Assembly: GCA_029974275.1 (NCBI GenBank)
Contig: JARKSN010000289.1
Coordinates: 1-64,000 of the forward strand
Direction: 5' to 3'
Length of the DNA stretch: 64,000 nucleotides
Source of the DNA: Candidatus Hydrogenedentota bacterium
GTDB taxonomy: Bacteria > Hydrogenedentota > Hydrogenedentia > Hydrogenedentales > SLHB01
The position numbers and the translations under genes are program-made. Below are positions 49,561 to 59,035 of this stretch, one piece after another; the stretch's first letter is position 1; the number at the start of each line of letters is the position of its first letter. The notes beneath the pieces are model-generated. The model saw only the letters and a list, made by a program, of their open reading frames with translations. It was not told where the DNA came from and made no database searches.

Positions 49561-50661
49561 TCAGTTGTAGACCGACCAGAGACGGAGATAGGCGTCCTCG
49601 TCTTCGCGACGGGGGCGCTCTCCATGCAACAGCGCGGGCAAACGCGCGAAGAGATGATCCCGCGGATGCAGGAAGGCGTCGCGCAGGCCATGCGTCGCCG
49701 CCGCATTCTTGCTGCGCACGTTTCGGGCAAGATTCGCGATGCGCTCCGACAGGGTATGCGCGCCCAGGCGCGCCGGCAGCGCGGCGTAGGCTTCCCAGGT
49801 CATATCCTGGATTCCCAAACGATGCCGCTCGAACTCCAAGTGGATCGCGCCGTAGAGGCGAATTGTCTCTTCAAGCCAGCCGCTCAGCGTAGTCTCCGGC
49901 GGCCACACGTGGCGCGGGCGCAATTTGAACTCGATGGACTCCGCATAGCGTTGTCGCAGGACGTCGGCCTGCGGGTAACCGCTTAGGTCGGCCTCGGCGA
50001 AGCGGCGCAGACGCTCCACGTAACTTGGCGCATAGCGTTTCTCGCACATTAGCACGACGTCGCCGAGCGCCATGGCCGCCTTCTGAATATTACGCACAAC
50101 AAACGCCGTGTCGTCGTCCGGCAGTCTCCCTCCCTCCACCCGCAATTTTTGCCGGCTCAGGAGCAGTCCTACGCCGCGGTTCATGAGCAGGCGCGCGCCC
50201 TCCTGCAAGGGAACGGCGCTGGAGTCGTAGGCAGGCATTGCATCGAGAATGGCCGGCGAACCGTAAATGACGCGGTGACCGGCCTTCAGTTCCATGAGCA
50301 TGAGCTCATACGGAAGCTCCGGGAGACGGGCGCGCGGAAGCGGCGGTCCAAAGTCGACGTGCACGCCGACTTGCGGATACAGGCTCTCGCCCGCTTCCGC
50401 AAGCGCATGCTGCAACGCCAAACGCTTGCGGCGTGCGGCGTGCGGCGTGACCACGAAAAAGTCGTAGTCGTTGTACGGGCGCTCCTCGTTTTCCTCGCGC
50501 AACACGCCCCCCTCGCCGCGTCCGTACCCGCCGCCGAGAATGATCGCGTCGAGGTTCGTCGAACCCGCCGCCGATAGCGCCGTCTCGCAGATCAGCGCCA
50601 TGTCTTGTCCGATGCGGGCTTCCAGCGCCGGGCTTCCGTCCAAGGTGAATCGCTGCTTCAC
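49561..50661 (-). CDS. Pol-beta-superfamily nucleotidyltransferase-like protein with helical C-domain
   Basis: LGGGYGRGEGG, PYNDYDFFVV, VHVDF; GTG start overlaps the upstream TGA (GTGA). Confidence 0.7.
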   Translation of the reverse strand: MKQRFTLDGSPALEARIGQDMALICETALSAAGSTNLDAIILGGGYGRGEGGVLREENEERPYNDYDFFVVTPHAARRKRLALQHALAEAGESLYPQVGVHVDFGPPLPRARLPELPYELMLMELKAGHRVIYGSPAILDAMPAYDSSAVPLQEGARLLMNRGVGLLLSRQKLRVEGGRLPDDDTAFVVRNIQKAAMALGDVVLMCEKRYAPSYVERLRRFAEADLSGYPQADVLRQRYAESIEFKLRPRHVWPPETTLSGWLEETIRLYGAIHLEFERHRLGIQDMTWEAYAALPARLGAHTLSERIANLARNVRSKNAAATHGLRDAFLHPRDHLFARLPALLHGERPRREDEDAYLRLWSVYN

Positions 50662-51515
50662 GGCGCGCTCGCTTTCTTCGCTGACCAATAGCCGCGATAA
50701 TGCGCCCATCGCTGTGTCGGACGCAGTGCAAGGGAGTGGAACAGTGACGCGGGACAGCGCCCCGCTCCGAGGCAGAACGTAAGGTCGCGCGCGATAGCGG
50801 CCAAGGCGGAAACGCCGACCATGTACGCGAAGGTTTCGCGGCTGCGCGGCAACGAAAAAATCGTCGCGTCGGCGGCGCCTTCGCCAAAGTGTCTGCGATA
50901 GGACTGCCGGAGCGTGTAGTTGTGCGAGTGCATCGCGACGGAATCGGGGGCGTATGCGATTTTGTAACCGGCCTTGCGCGCCCAGTAGGACCATTCGATG
51001 TCTTCGCTGAATTGAATGGCCGCGCTAAAGGGGCGCTCCCGCCATGCCCTCCGTCGTATGGCGCTGCTGGCCATCGAAAAAAAATGCACCCAGCGTTGCG
51101 CCTCGACGCCGTTGCCGAACGCACGCTCGGTTTCGTGCGCAAACAACGGCCGCGCATCGGAACGCGCAATTTGACGCCCATACGCCGCCGCGACATCGCC
51201 GCCATCCATCGCGCGCAAGAGGTTCTCCAACCAGTTCGCGCCCTGCGGCGTTGCGTCGGAATTCAGGAATACGACGACCTCGCCGTCGGTCATCTCCATG
51301 GCTTCGTTCAACACGCGCCCCGGCACGTAATCGCCCGCGGGAATTTGCACCAACTCGTCCGTGAACGCGCGCACCACATCGAGCGTGCCGTCGGTCGATC
51401 CGTTGTCGATATTGAGGAGCCTGCAAGGCGTCGTTTGCTTGCGCACGGCCTCCAGCGTGTCGCGAATGAACGCGATATCGTTTCTTGAACGCACGACCAC
51501 CCACGGCGCGCTCAT
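50658..51515 (-). CDS. Glycosyltransferase family 2 (rhamnosyltransferase-like)
   Basis: IDNGSTDGT, FLNSDA, YGRQ, SEDIEW, HSHNY. Confidence 0.88.
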   Translation of the reverse strand: MSAPWVVVRSRNDIAFIRDTLEAVRKQTTPCRLLNIDNGSTDGTLDVVRAFTDELVQIPAGDYVPGRVLNEAMEMTDGEVVVFLNSDATPQGANWLENLLRAMDGGDVAAAYGRQIARSDARPLFAHETERAFGNGVEAQRWVHFFSMASSAIRRRAWRERPFSAAIQFSEDIEWSYWARKAGYKIAYAPDSVAMHSHNYTLRQSYRRHFGEGAADATIFSLPRSRETFAYMVGVSALAAIARDLTFCLGAGRCPASLFHSLALRPTQRWAHYRGYWSAKKASAP

Positions 51516-52666
51516 CGCTGCGCCTCCGACAGCATCAAGGCGTAGATATCGGCGAGACCTTGCGGCGCAGGGTCTGGCGTCACGTTGCTGAGAAATGCCG
51601 CCACGGAGTCCTGGTCGCCGGGATCATACCCATGCATCGCCGCCAGCGGCTTCTGGCCCATGAAACTGGGACATAACAACACGCCGGGTTTGAGCAGAAA
51701 GAAAAGATCGCCGTAGCGCGTGTTCGGAAAATCGCACCCGAAACGCTGCAATTCGTCGTCGGAAAGAACATGCCCAAGCGGTTCCGCTTCGAGGGCGCGC
51801 ACGATCCTCGTGCGCGCGGCATCGTTGAGAAACCAAAAGCGCGCCATCGTCGAATCGTACATCGCCGCATAGTCATGGCCAAACCGCAGCCCCAGCGCGT
51901 CGATGCGCGCCATCAGATCGCAGACCGTTGTCACGTCGGTCATGCCGTGATCCGAGAAGAGGTAGAGGCGGACGGTCGTATACCGCGCTTGCGCACGGGC
52001 GAGAAGGCGACGGATCTGTGCGTCGTACCACGCCATGTGGCGTTGGACTCCCGCGCCCGTTGTCCCTTCGCGATGAAGGATTGCATCGAGGGCGGCCATG
52101 TAGAGATAGGCAAACGATATTTCGCCTTTGGTCAGCGCCGCGTCGAGGGCCGCGAGGTTCTCCTGTTCGGGGCGTCGCCAATCGGAGAGAAAGAAGGGCG
52201 CACGACGATCGCGCAGGTGATCGAAGATCGTGGAACATCCTGCGTTGATGCCGCCGGGCTGATACAGGTCGCGCTTCTCCGTATATTCAAAGAGCGGCAA
52301 CACGTGAAACGGCACGTTGTAAAGCTGAAAGTAGCCGGTGTACCCCAGCAGCGGTTTGACTAGGCGGCTGATCCAATGCCGCACGCGGCCACGACTCGTG
52401 ATCGTTTTCGGCAACCATCCCAATGGCCGCAAAAGGCGGAACGGCGATTCCGAAGGGTTGTAACAGAAGAACGAGAAGTGCCCGTGGTCGCGCGGCGCCT
52501 TGCCCGTGAGAATCGTCGGATCGCAGGTGGAACTATACCCAAAGACCGTGTCGAGCGGCCGGCGATAGGGAAGCGCATCGTCGAGAAACGAATGCTTCTG
52601 TAGAAGCTCCCATCCCAGCGCGTCCACGAAAAGGAACAACGTCAACGTATCTTGTTGCGCGGTCAT
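51512..52666 (-). CDS. Alkaline-phosphatase-superfamily (nucleotide pyrophosphatase/phosphodiesterase-like) protein
   Basis: FVDALG, GYSSTCDPTILTG, LDAILH, FSDHGM, AMHGYDP; no signal peptide. Confidence 0.82.
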   Translation of the reverse strand: MTAQQDTLTLFLFVDALGWELLQKHSFLDDALPYRRPLDTVFGYSSTCDPTILTGKAPRDHGHFSFFCYNPSESPFRLLRPLGWLPKTITSRGRVRHWISRLVKPLLGYTGYFQLYNVPFHVLPLFEYTEKRDLYQPGGINAGCSTIFDHLRDRRAPFFLSDWRRPEQENLAALDAALTKGEISFAYLYMAALDAILHREGTTGAGVQRHMAWYDAQIRRLLARAQARYTTVRLYLFSDHGMTDVTTVCDLMARIDALGLRFGHDYAAMYDSTMARFWFLNDAARTRIVRALEAEPLGHVLSDDELQRFGCDFPNTRYGDLFFLLKPGVLLCPSFMGQKPLAAMHGYDPGDQDSVAAFLSNVTPDPAPQGLADIYALMLSEAQR

Positions 52667-52677
52667 AGCCGGTCCAC

Positions 52678-54912
52678 CTAGAGTTGATCCTCGGGCATAA
52701 CGGGCGTCAATTTGAAAATGCGCGTTTCCCCCGTGTTCAGCAGGACATTCAGAAACTGGCGCTCGGGCCATCCTCGTTCGGGGAGGAGAACATCTTGCAC
52801 CGCGAAGGGCCAACCGAAATCGATGACCCGTTCGCCGCGTTCGCTGGCGTGCAAGGCGAACAGATTGGGCCCGACGTGCGTGACATCGCACTTGAGTGAG
52901 TTGCGACGGTAGAAGACCCGCTGTTCGACAATCTGCAACAATTCTCGCAGCAGACCCGGCGTCAGACAAGGTTCCGCGACGAAGATCGATTCCCAACCGC
53001 TCTCGAGAGCGACTATTGCGACGCTGACCTTGCCGGAATCGCGGTACGTGGCCACCGTGTTCAAATTTTCCCCTTCGATGTAGAACAACGGATTCCATTC
53101 CCGCGTCGGCCCAAAGTCCGTTCCCGTCGCAATCCACCGGCCGTCTAGTTGGAACACGGAGCCGGATTTCGCGGGGCCTTCGAATGCCTTGACCGGCAGT
53201 TGCGTTAGCGCCGCAATGTTTTCGGGCGCGGCGCTGTCCCCTGCGAAATAGCCTGGCGCATAGAGCCAGATGGCGGTGGCCTGCTGCTGCTGCAAACGCG
53301 CATGAAGCCGCGAACGCTGCTCCTCGTTCACCTGGAACAGATTGAGGAAGAGATAGACCGATGCCGGCGGGGCGTTGCCTTCCAGAACGTCGCGAAACAG
53401 ACGGAATTGGACGGGCGCGCCCGAGCGAAGAGCCGCGTCCCGCGCCTGAATCAGCAGAAATTCATTCAACGGCGCATCGCAGAGCTGATAGAAACGCGAA
53501 TTTTCATCGATCACCGTCATGAGGACGGGCCGCATGTCCGGACGCACGTCGTACGCCGTCGTCGGCGCATTGGCCCGCGCGTAGCCGTTGTCGCCGTACG
53601 CAGCGGCATACGCCTGCGTCATTGCCTGGAAACGTTTCCACATCTCCGGTTCCAGCAACTGCCCGTCGCCTGCGGCATCCATCCACATGAGTCCCAGTTG
53701 ATGCGTCAACGCGGCGGCAAAATTGCGCGCCTGCACGTTGTAAACATCCTCCGGACGCACGCCCGCCATCCGCGAGATCGCCCCCGTGCCGACATCGCGC
53801 GCCAGTCCGGTGCGCGTATCGTCCAGCAGATGCCACCATTTCCCATGCGCGCGGGCGCTGTCGACCGGCCCCATGAAGCCGCCCGCTCCCCCCAGCCCGC
53901 GGTCGACATAGGAAACCGGCGTCACGAAACCGTTGAGCTTGCTCATGAGCAACCGTTCTAGGGCAAGCTGTCCGCTGTCGTTGTTGAGGGCCTCGAACGA
54001 AGCGCCATAGAACGCGAAGACCTGAATGGAATCCGGACCATGTGTTTGGATGCACTCCGTAAATTCCTCAATGGCTTCCGCCGTGTTGTCCGATGCAAAG
54101 CGCCAATAATCGGACCAACGCCGCTGCGCCGGCAACGAGACAAAGACGTTCCGGGGATCGTCCGTAATGGGCCGTTCCGCAACGGCGGCCGCCGCCATCG
54201 TGACCTGCGCGTCTCCCCATGCGGCTTGAAGCGCCTCGTCGCTGCCATAACGATGGCGCAGCCATTCCTGAAAGGCTTTCACATTCGCGGGAGATGCGTC
54301 GAATCCATTGGGGCGGCTCCAACGACCTTCCGGCAGACACGACAAAACAAACCCCAGCACATGATCGCGATGATCGGATTGGTTGATTGCGGCAAGCAGC
54401 AGTTCCAGGCCGTGACGCACCGCCGCCCGCCACTCGGACGATGCGAGAGAGACCGTCCCATGGGACTGCCCTGGAATGACGGCCCCCGCTTCCGGATTCG
54501 CCGCAAGCCACGAATCGGGCGGATCGAGACGAAGATGCAGGAGGACGTATCCGGCGGGATCGGCGTGCAGCACGTCGCTCAGGGATTGGAGAGCTGGCGC
54601 GACATCGATCCCATGGTGGGGCCATGGAAGCGGCACGGACACCATATGCCCATGCACTTCCGAGCGCGCCGCCCACTGAATTTCCTGCAATACGGTCGCG
54701 CGGTCTCCCCCTGCCGCCATCGGCGCCGCAAAGAACAGCGGCGGCGCATACGCGCGACGCACCTCCGCCTTGGAACCCGGTTTCGTCTGGGACGTCGGGC
54801 TCGCCACGGATCGATCGCCCACAGGCGCCGTGACGGCGCCCAGCCAAAAGCCAAGCGCAATCGACGCCGCGAGAACGCCCAAGAACATGAGTATGCGAAC
54901 AAAAACCTTCAC
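52678..54912 (-). CDS. Membrane-anchored GH42/beta-galactosidase-like protein, probably non-catalytic
   Basis: N-terminal TM; AFQEWLRHRYGSDEALQAAW, FYG, PVSYVDR, HGKWW..DDTRT, YLFLN, WLYAPG. Confidence 0.65.
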   Translation of the reverse strand: MKVFVRILMFLGVLAASIALGFWLGAVTAPVGDRSVASPTSQTKPGSKAEVRRAYAPPLFFAAPMAAGGDRATVLQEIQWAARSEVHGHMVSVPLPWPHHGIDVAPALQSLSDVLHADPAGYVLLHLRLDPPDSWLAANPEAGAVIPGQSHGTVSLASSEWRAAVRHGLELLLAAINQSDHRDHVLGFVLSCLPEGRWSRPNGFDASPANVKAFQEWLRHRYGSDEALQAAWGDAQVTMAAAAVAERPITDDPRNVFVSLPAQRRWSDYWRFASDNTAEAIEEFTECIQTHGPDSIQVFAFYGASFEALNNDSGQLALERLLMSKLNGFVTPVSYVDRGLGGAGGFMGPVDSARAHGKWWHLLDDTRTGLARDVGTGAISRMAGVRPEDVYNVQARNFAAALTHQLGLMWMDAAGDGQLLEPEMWKRFQAMTQAYAAAYGDNGYARANAPTTAYDVRPDMRPVLMTVIDENSRFYQLCDAPLNEFLLIQARDAALRSGAPVQFRLFRDVLEGNAPPASVYLFLNLFQVNEEQRSRLHARLQQQQATAIWLYAPGYFAGDSAAPENIAALTQLPVKAFEGPAKSGSVFQLDGRWIATGTDFGPTREWNPLFYIEGENLNTVATYRDSGKVSVAIVALESGWESIFVAEPCLTPGLLRELLQIVEQRVFYRRNSLKCDVTHVGPNLFALHASERGERVIDFGWPFAVQDVLLPERGWPERQFLNVLLNTGETRIFKLTPVMPEDQL

Positions 54913-55143
54913 GATGACAAGAACATCCGTAACCCGCCATGCCGTTGCGCCGTCGGCCCATGCCTCTGCCCAAGCCTACCCACATCCTCGCAATGCTTCA
55001 ACTTCGCGAGTTTGGATTCTGCACGCAAACCGGCTATGGTATCGCCATGGAAGAGCAAGGTCTGTTTTTTGAGGGCCGAGAGGCGAGCGGACACGGGCAA
55101 CGCGCGCGGCATACGGTCGATCGAGACAAGGATGAGACCATCG

Positions 55144-55881
55144 ATGTCCGCTGATTTCGGATCGAACATGCCGATCGGATTCGACCTCACCTGGATATTG
55201 GCCGGTCTACTGCTCATCCCCTACTTGCTATGGGGCGAGTACACCCTCCGCCACAGGCTTCAAGACGGCGCCGAATTCCGTCCCGTCACGGAGATCATCA
55301 CGCTTGCGCTAGTCGGCGTTTTCTTTGTTTTCCAATATGCGCTGTTGCGCGAATGGCTCGGCAAAACCCCCCTCTATCTTTTTCTCGCCCTCATGGGACT
55401 GGCGCTTTCCGGTCTGATACTCTACGGCCATATGGTCGTCTCGCTCGTGAGCGCGCTCCTGGTCGATCTGGTGGCGCCCTCGGCCGATCGCCTGCATGAG
55501 CCCAACTACCTTCCCGGCGAGGCCTGCGAGGCCAACGGCGACTTCGAAGGCGCGGTGCGCGAATACCTCGCCGTCGCGCGGATATTTCCCAAAGACCCCA
55601 AGACCGCCATACGTCTCGGCGATAACCTTGCCAAGCTGAGCAAATGGGAAGAGGCCGCCTCCTGGTTCGAACAGGGCATTGAAAACCTCGATCGAGGCGA
55701 GCAAGTGCTGCCGATCATGTTCCGTCTCGCCGAAATCTATGCGGGCAGACTAGGGCGCGGCGCGGCGGCAAAGGCGCTGTACGAAGAATTTATTCGTCGC
55801 TTTCCAGACGATCCTTCCGTGGCCATTGTCCAAGCGAGAATTCGCACCGTGACCGATGGATGCTCGAACGATCTGCAATAG
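55144..55881 (+). CDS. Membrane protein (3 TM) with C-terminal TPRs
   Basis: Three hydrophobic helices; GDFEGAVREY, RLGDNL..EAASWF, YEEFIRRFP. Confidence 0.65.
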   Translation: MSADFGSNMPIGFDLTWILAGLLLIPYLLWGEYTLRHRLQDGAEFRPVTEIITLALVGVFFVFQYALLREWLGKTPLYLFLALMGLALSGLILYGHMVVSLVSALLVDLVAPSADRLHEPNYLPGEACEANGDFEGAVREYLAVARIFPKDPKTAIRLGDNLAKLSKWEEAASWFEQGIENLDRGEQVLPIMFRLAEIYAGRLGRGAAAKALYEEFIRRFPDDPSVAIVQARIRTVTDGCSNDLQ

Positions 55882-56033
55882 TTTTCATTTTTCGATCTAT
55901 TTGTATAATAATTCCGCCAATATTTCGGTTCAATCGCAAATTTCCCGCATTGGTTGCGAAAATGGCCTCCGATGCGGTACACTACGCGTGTGGGGCGATA
56001 GGTTCTGAACAAACGCTAACGAAAGAGGACAAG

Positions 56034-56960
56034 GTGAGTCGATATCGCATTTGCGTGGCGGATGACTGCGAAGAAGCGGCAGCAGTATTGAGCGAGGGGT
56101 TACAGCTTCACGACTATGACGTCTGCGTTGCCCATACGGGCGCCGAGGCGTTGGCGATATGCAAGGCGGGAGGGATCGATCTGATCCTGCTTGATGTGTG
56201 CATGCCCGAGATGGACGGCTACGAGGTGTGCCGTCAGTTGAAAGCTTCTCCCCAGACCTCCGCGATTGTCGTGGTGTTCGTCACCGTGCGCGGCACGAGC
56301 GAGGACATCTCGCGGGGATACGATCTGGGCGCGGTGGACTATATCACCAAGCCCTACAATCTCCCGATGGTGATGGTGCGCGTGGATGCCGCGATTCGCC
56401 ATTGCCGGCTGCAAGACCGCTTTTCCGCAGGCGACGAATCTATCATGGAGTTTGCCTCGACGGACTCCCTGACAGGTCTGCGGAATCGCTGCTATTTTTT
56501 GAATCGCCTGGAAGAAGAAATCGACAAGGCGGACCGATATGCCTATCCCGTGTCCTGTGTGGTTTTCGATCTTGCTGAAGTCGAAGGATTAGACGCGGAA
56601 CTGGGGCCCGCCCCGGTCGACGATTTATTGGCCGAGATTGCGCTAGCCTTGCGCACAAGCACGCGGAACAACGATGTCCTGGCGCGTTACGACGGCACGA
56701 TGCTGACGGCGCTACTGCCCCATACGCCGCTGAACGACGCCTTGAACTATGCGTCCAAAATGCTTTCGGAGATCGACAAGACGACTTTCAGCGTTCCGTC
56801 CTTTCCGACGCGCGCGACCTTGCGCGCCGGAATCGCCACGTGCCAAAACGGCGGCGCCCAGAAGGCGGAATACATCCTTGGCGAGGCCATGCGCGGACTG
56901 TTTCAAGCGAAAACCTTGCCCGGGGGACGGGTGGTGACCCGGAACGTTTCCCCATCCTAG
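56034..56960 (+). CDS. PleD/PopA-like response regulator with degenerate GGDEF domain
   Basis: REC: VADD, LLDVCMP, YITKP; TDSLTGLRNR; RNNDVLARYDGTML in place of RxxD..RYGGDEF. Confidence 0.88.
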   Translation: MSRYRICVADDCEEAAAVLSEGLQLHDYDVCVAHTGAEALAICKAGGIDLILLDVCMPEMDGYEVCRQLKASPQTSAIVVVFVTVRGTSEDISRGYDLGAVDYITKPYNLPMVMVRVDAAIRHCRLQDRFSAGDESIMEFASTDSLTGLRNRCYFLNRLEEEIDKADRYAYPVSCVVFDLAEVEGLDAELGPAPVDDLLAEIALALRTSTRNNDVLARYDGTMLTALLPHTPLNDALNYASKMLSEIDKTTFSVPSFPTRATLRAGIATCQNGGAQKAEYILGEAMRGLFQAKTLPGGRVVTRNVSPS

Positions 56961-58252
56961 CGGTCGGCGCTTCCTTCCATTCCCAGCCGTTCAAGGGCTT
57001 TGCGGCCGATGTCCCTCCGGAAATGCGCCCCCTCGAACGTGATGTTCTCGACGCCCGCATAGGCTTTTTGGAGGGCCGCAGGCAGGGTTGCATCCGTGGC
57101 CGTGACATTCAACACCCGGCCGCCGTGGGTGACGAGCGTCCCCTCCGTCTTCTTCGTGCCCGCATGAAAAACCGAGACCCCCTCTTTTTCCGCCGCGCCG
57201 ATGCCTTCGATGGGTTTCCCCTTGGAATAAGGCCCCGGATATCCCTTGGAAGTCATGACCACCGACGCGCAGGCGCACGGCGCCCAGTCCAATGCGACCT
57301 GGTCTAGGGTTCCGTCGCAACACGCCGCCAATACAGGCACGAGATCGGATTGCAGCAGCGGCAACACGACTTGGGTTTCCGGGTCGCCGAAACGGCAGTT
57401 GAACTCGATGACCTTCGGGCCCGACTCGGTGATCATCAGTCCCGCATAGAGGACGCCCCGATAGGCGATTCCCTCGTTCGCCATGCCTTGGACACAGGGT
57501 TTCAGAACCGTTTCAACGATTTCCTCGAGCAACGCCTCCGACACGACGGGCGCCGGGGCGTAAGCGCCCATGCCTCCGGTGTTGGGGCCTTCATCGTTGT
57601 CGAAGACCGCTTTATGGTCCTGCGAGGGGGGCATGGGAACCACCGTCTTGCCATCCGTGAAGGCGAGAATGGACGCCTCCTCGCCGACAAGGCGCTCTTC
57701 AATCACTACGCGGCGCCCGGCCTGGCCAAAGGCGTGATCGACCATGGCGGCGCGGATTGCGGCGATGGCCGCGTCGACATCGGACGCGACGGTGACGCCT
57801 TTGCCTGCGGCGAGACCGTCCGCCTTGACCACGATGGGGGCGCCTTTTCGCTTGACATAGGCGACGGCCTCTTCGGCATTGGAAAACTCGGCGTATTCAG
57901 CGGTCGGAATGCCGTACTTCGCCATGATGTGTTTGGCGAACGCCTTGCTCGCTTCGAGTTGCGCCGCTTTGGCGGACGGCCCAAAGGCCGTGAAACCGGC
58001 GGCCTCGAACTGATCGACCAATCCATGCGCCAACGGGTCCTCCGGTCCGACGACCGTGAGATCGATCGCGTGGACCTTGGCGAGCGCCAACAACCCGGGG
58101 ATGTCCGTCGCGGTCACGGGTGCGCACGTGGCGTGAGCCGCGATGCCCGGATTGCCGGGCGCGCAATAGAGGCGCTTCACCAAGGGGCTTTGGGCGATTT
58201 TCCATGCCAGGGCGTGCTCGCGGCCTCCGCCGCCGATGATAAGAACGTTCAC
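56957..58252 (-). CDS. purD: Phosphoribosylamine-glycine ligase
   Basis: GGGGREHAL, APGNPG, KADGLAAGKGV, QDHK, GPNTGGMGAY, EFNCRFGDPE. Confidence 0.96.
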   Translation of the reverse strand: MNVLIIGGGGREHALAWKIAQSPLVKRLYCAPGNPGIAAHATCAPVTATDIPGLLALAKVHAIDLTVVGPEDPLAHGLVDQFEAAGFTAFGPSAKAAQLEASKAFAKHIMAKYGIPTAEYAEFSNAEEAVAYVKRKGAPIVVKADGLAAGKGVTVASDVDAAIAAIRAAMVDHAFGQAGRRVVIEERLVGEEASILAFTDGKTVVPMPPSQDHKAVFDNDEGPNTGGMGAYAPAPVVSEALLEEIVETVLKPCVQGMANEGIAYRGVLYAGLMITESGPKVIEFNCRFGDPETQVVLPLLQSDLVPVLAACCDGTLDQVALDWAPCACASVVMTSKGYPGPYSKGKPIEGIGAAEKEGVSVFHAGTKKTEGTLVTHGGRVLNVTATDATLPAALQKAYAGVENITFEGAHFRRDIGRKALERLGMEGSADR

Positions 58253-58257
58253 GAATG

Positions 58258-58863
58258 TCACTCCTCCGGAGGCACGATGCTTCTCAAATATGCCGCAATG
58301 GCCTGGTCGTATTCCGCGGTGCACGCGAAGGCTTCCAGCGCCAGGCGGTACCGCGTGGGAAACGTCACCGACCCGTTATGCGCGCGAAGCTCGTGCATGA
58401 TCGCGCTGTAACGTTCGGGGTTCACGACGACCGTGACGTAGCGGAAATTCTTGGCTGCGGACCGGATCATGGCGGTTCCGCCGATGTCGATTTGCTCGAC
58501 GACTTCCTCGAGCGTTATGCCGGGCTGGGAAATCACCGCTTCGACGGGATGGGGGTGGATCACAACCATGTCGATCCAGTCATAATCAAAGGCTTTCAAC
58601 TGCTCGGCGTGGAGTTTGTTGTCGCGGATGCCGAGAATTCCGGCATGGACCTTCGAGTGGAGGGACTTGACGCGTCCGTCCATCATTTCCTGGACGCCGG
58701 TGTAGTCGCCGATGCTGACGGCCTCGATCCCCGCGTCGTGGAGCACGTTCAGCGTGCCGGCCGTGCTGATGATTTCGACGTTGAACTCGCGAAGCAGCCG
58801 GGCGAGTTCCACCACGCCTGTCTTGTCGTGGCAACTGATGATGGCGCGCCGAATCATTGTCAT
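58258..58863 (-). CDS. Stand-alone PurH N-terminal (IMP cyclohydrolase/MGS-like) domain protein
   Basis: DKTG, ISTAGT, GRVKSLH, IDIGG, AAKN, TAEYD; ends after about 200 aa with no AICAR transformylase domain. Confidence 0.85.
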   Translation of the reverse strand: MTMIRRAIISCHDKTGVVELARLLREFNVEIISTAGTLNVLHDAGIEAVSIGDYTGVQEMMDGRVKSLHSKVHAGILGIRDNKLHAEQLKAFDYDWIDMVVIHPHPVEAVISQPGITLEEVVEQIDIGGTAMIRSAAKNFRYVTVVVNPERYSAIMHELRAHNGSVTFPTRYRLALEAFACTAEYDQAIAAYLRSIVPPEE

Positions 58864-59035
58864 GCTCACCTCCCGCAGCATCGAAAGAACGGTGTCCCAG
58901 TGAATTTCCATACAAAACGGGGAGCAATCATAGCGCACCTGCCTTCAAAAAGAAAGACCTTTGTGGGGGCCCAAAGCCGAGGGCCGCGCCTCCGCCGAAC
59001 GGGGGCGCGGCCTGAGAGGGGGGACGATCGGCGCG

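Noticed and set aside
54040..55143. N-terminal 368 aa of the 613-aa ORF
   Set aside because: Overlaps the GH42-like gene antisense; the real TM-TPR gene starts near 55144
58864..59035. ZTP or purine riboswitch upstream of the purH-like gene and purD
   Set aside because: No ZTP or purine aptamer consensus on the minus strand; only a GC hairpin (58982-59012) without a U-tract
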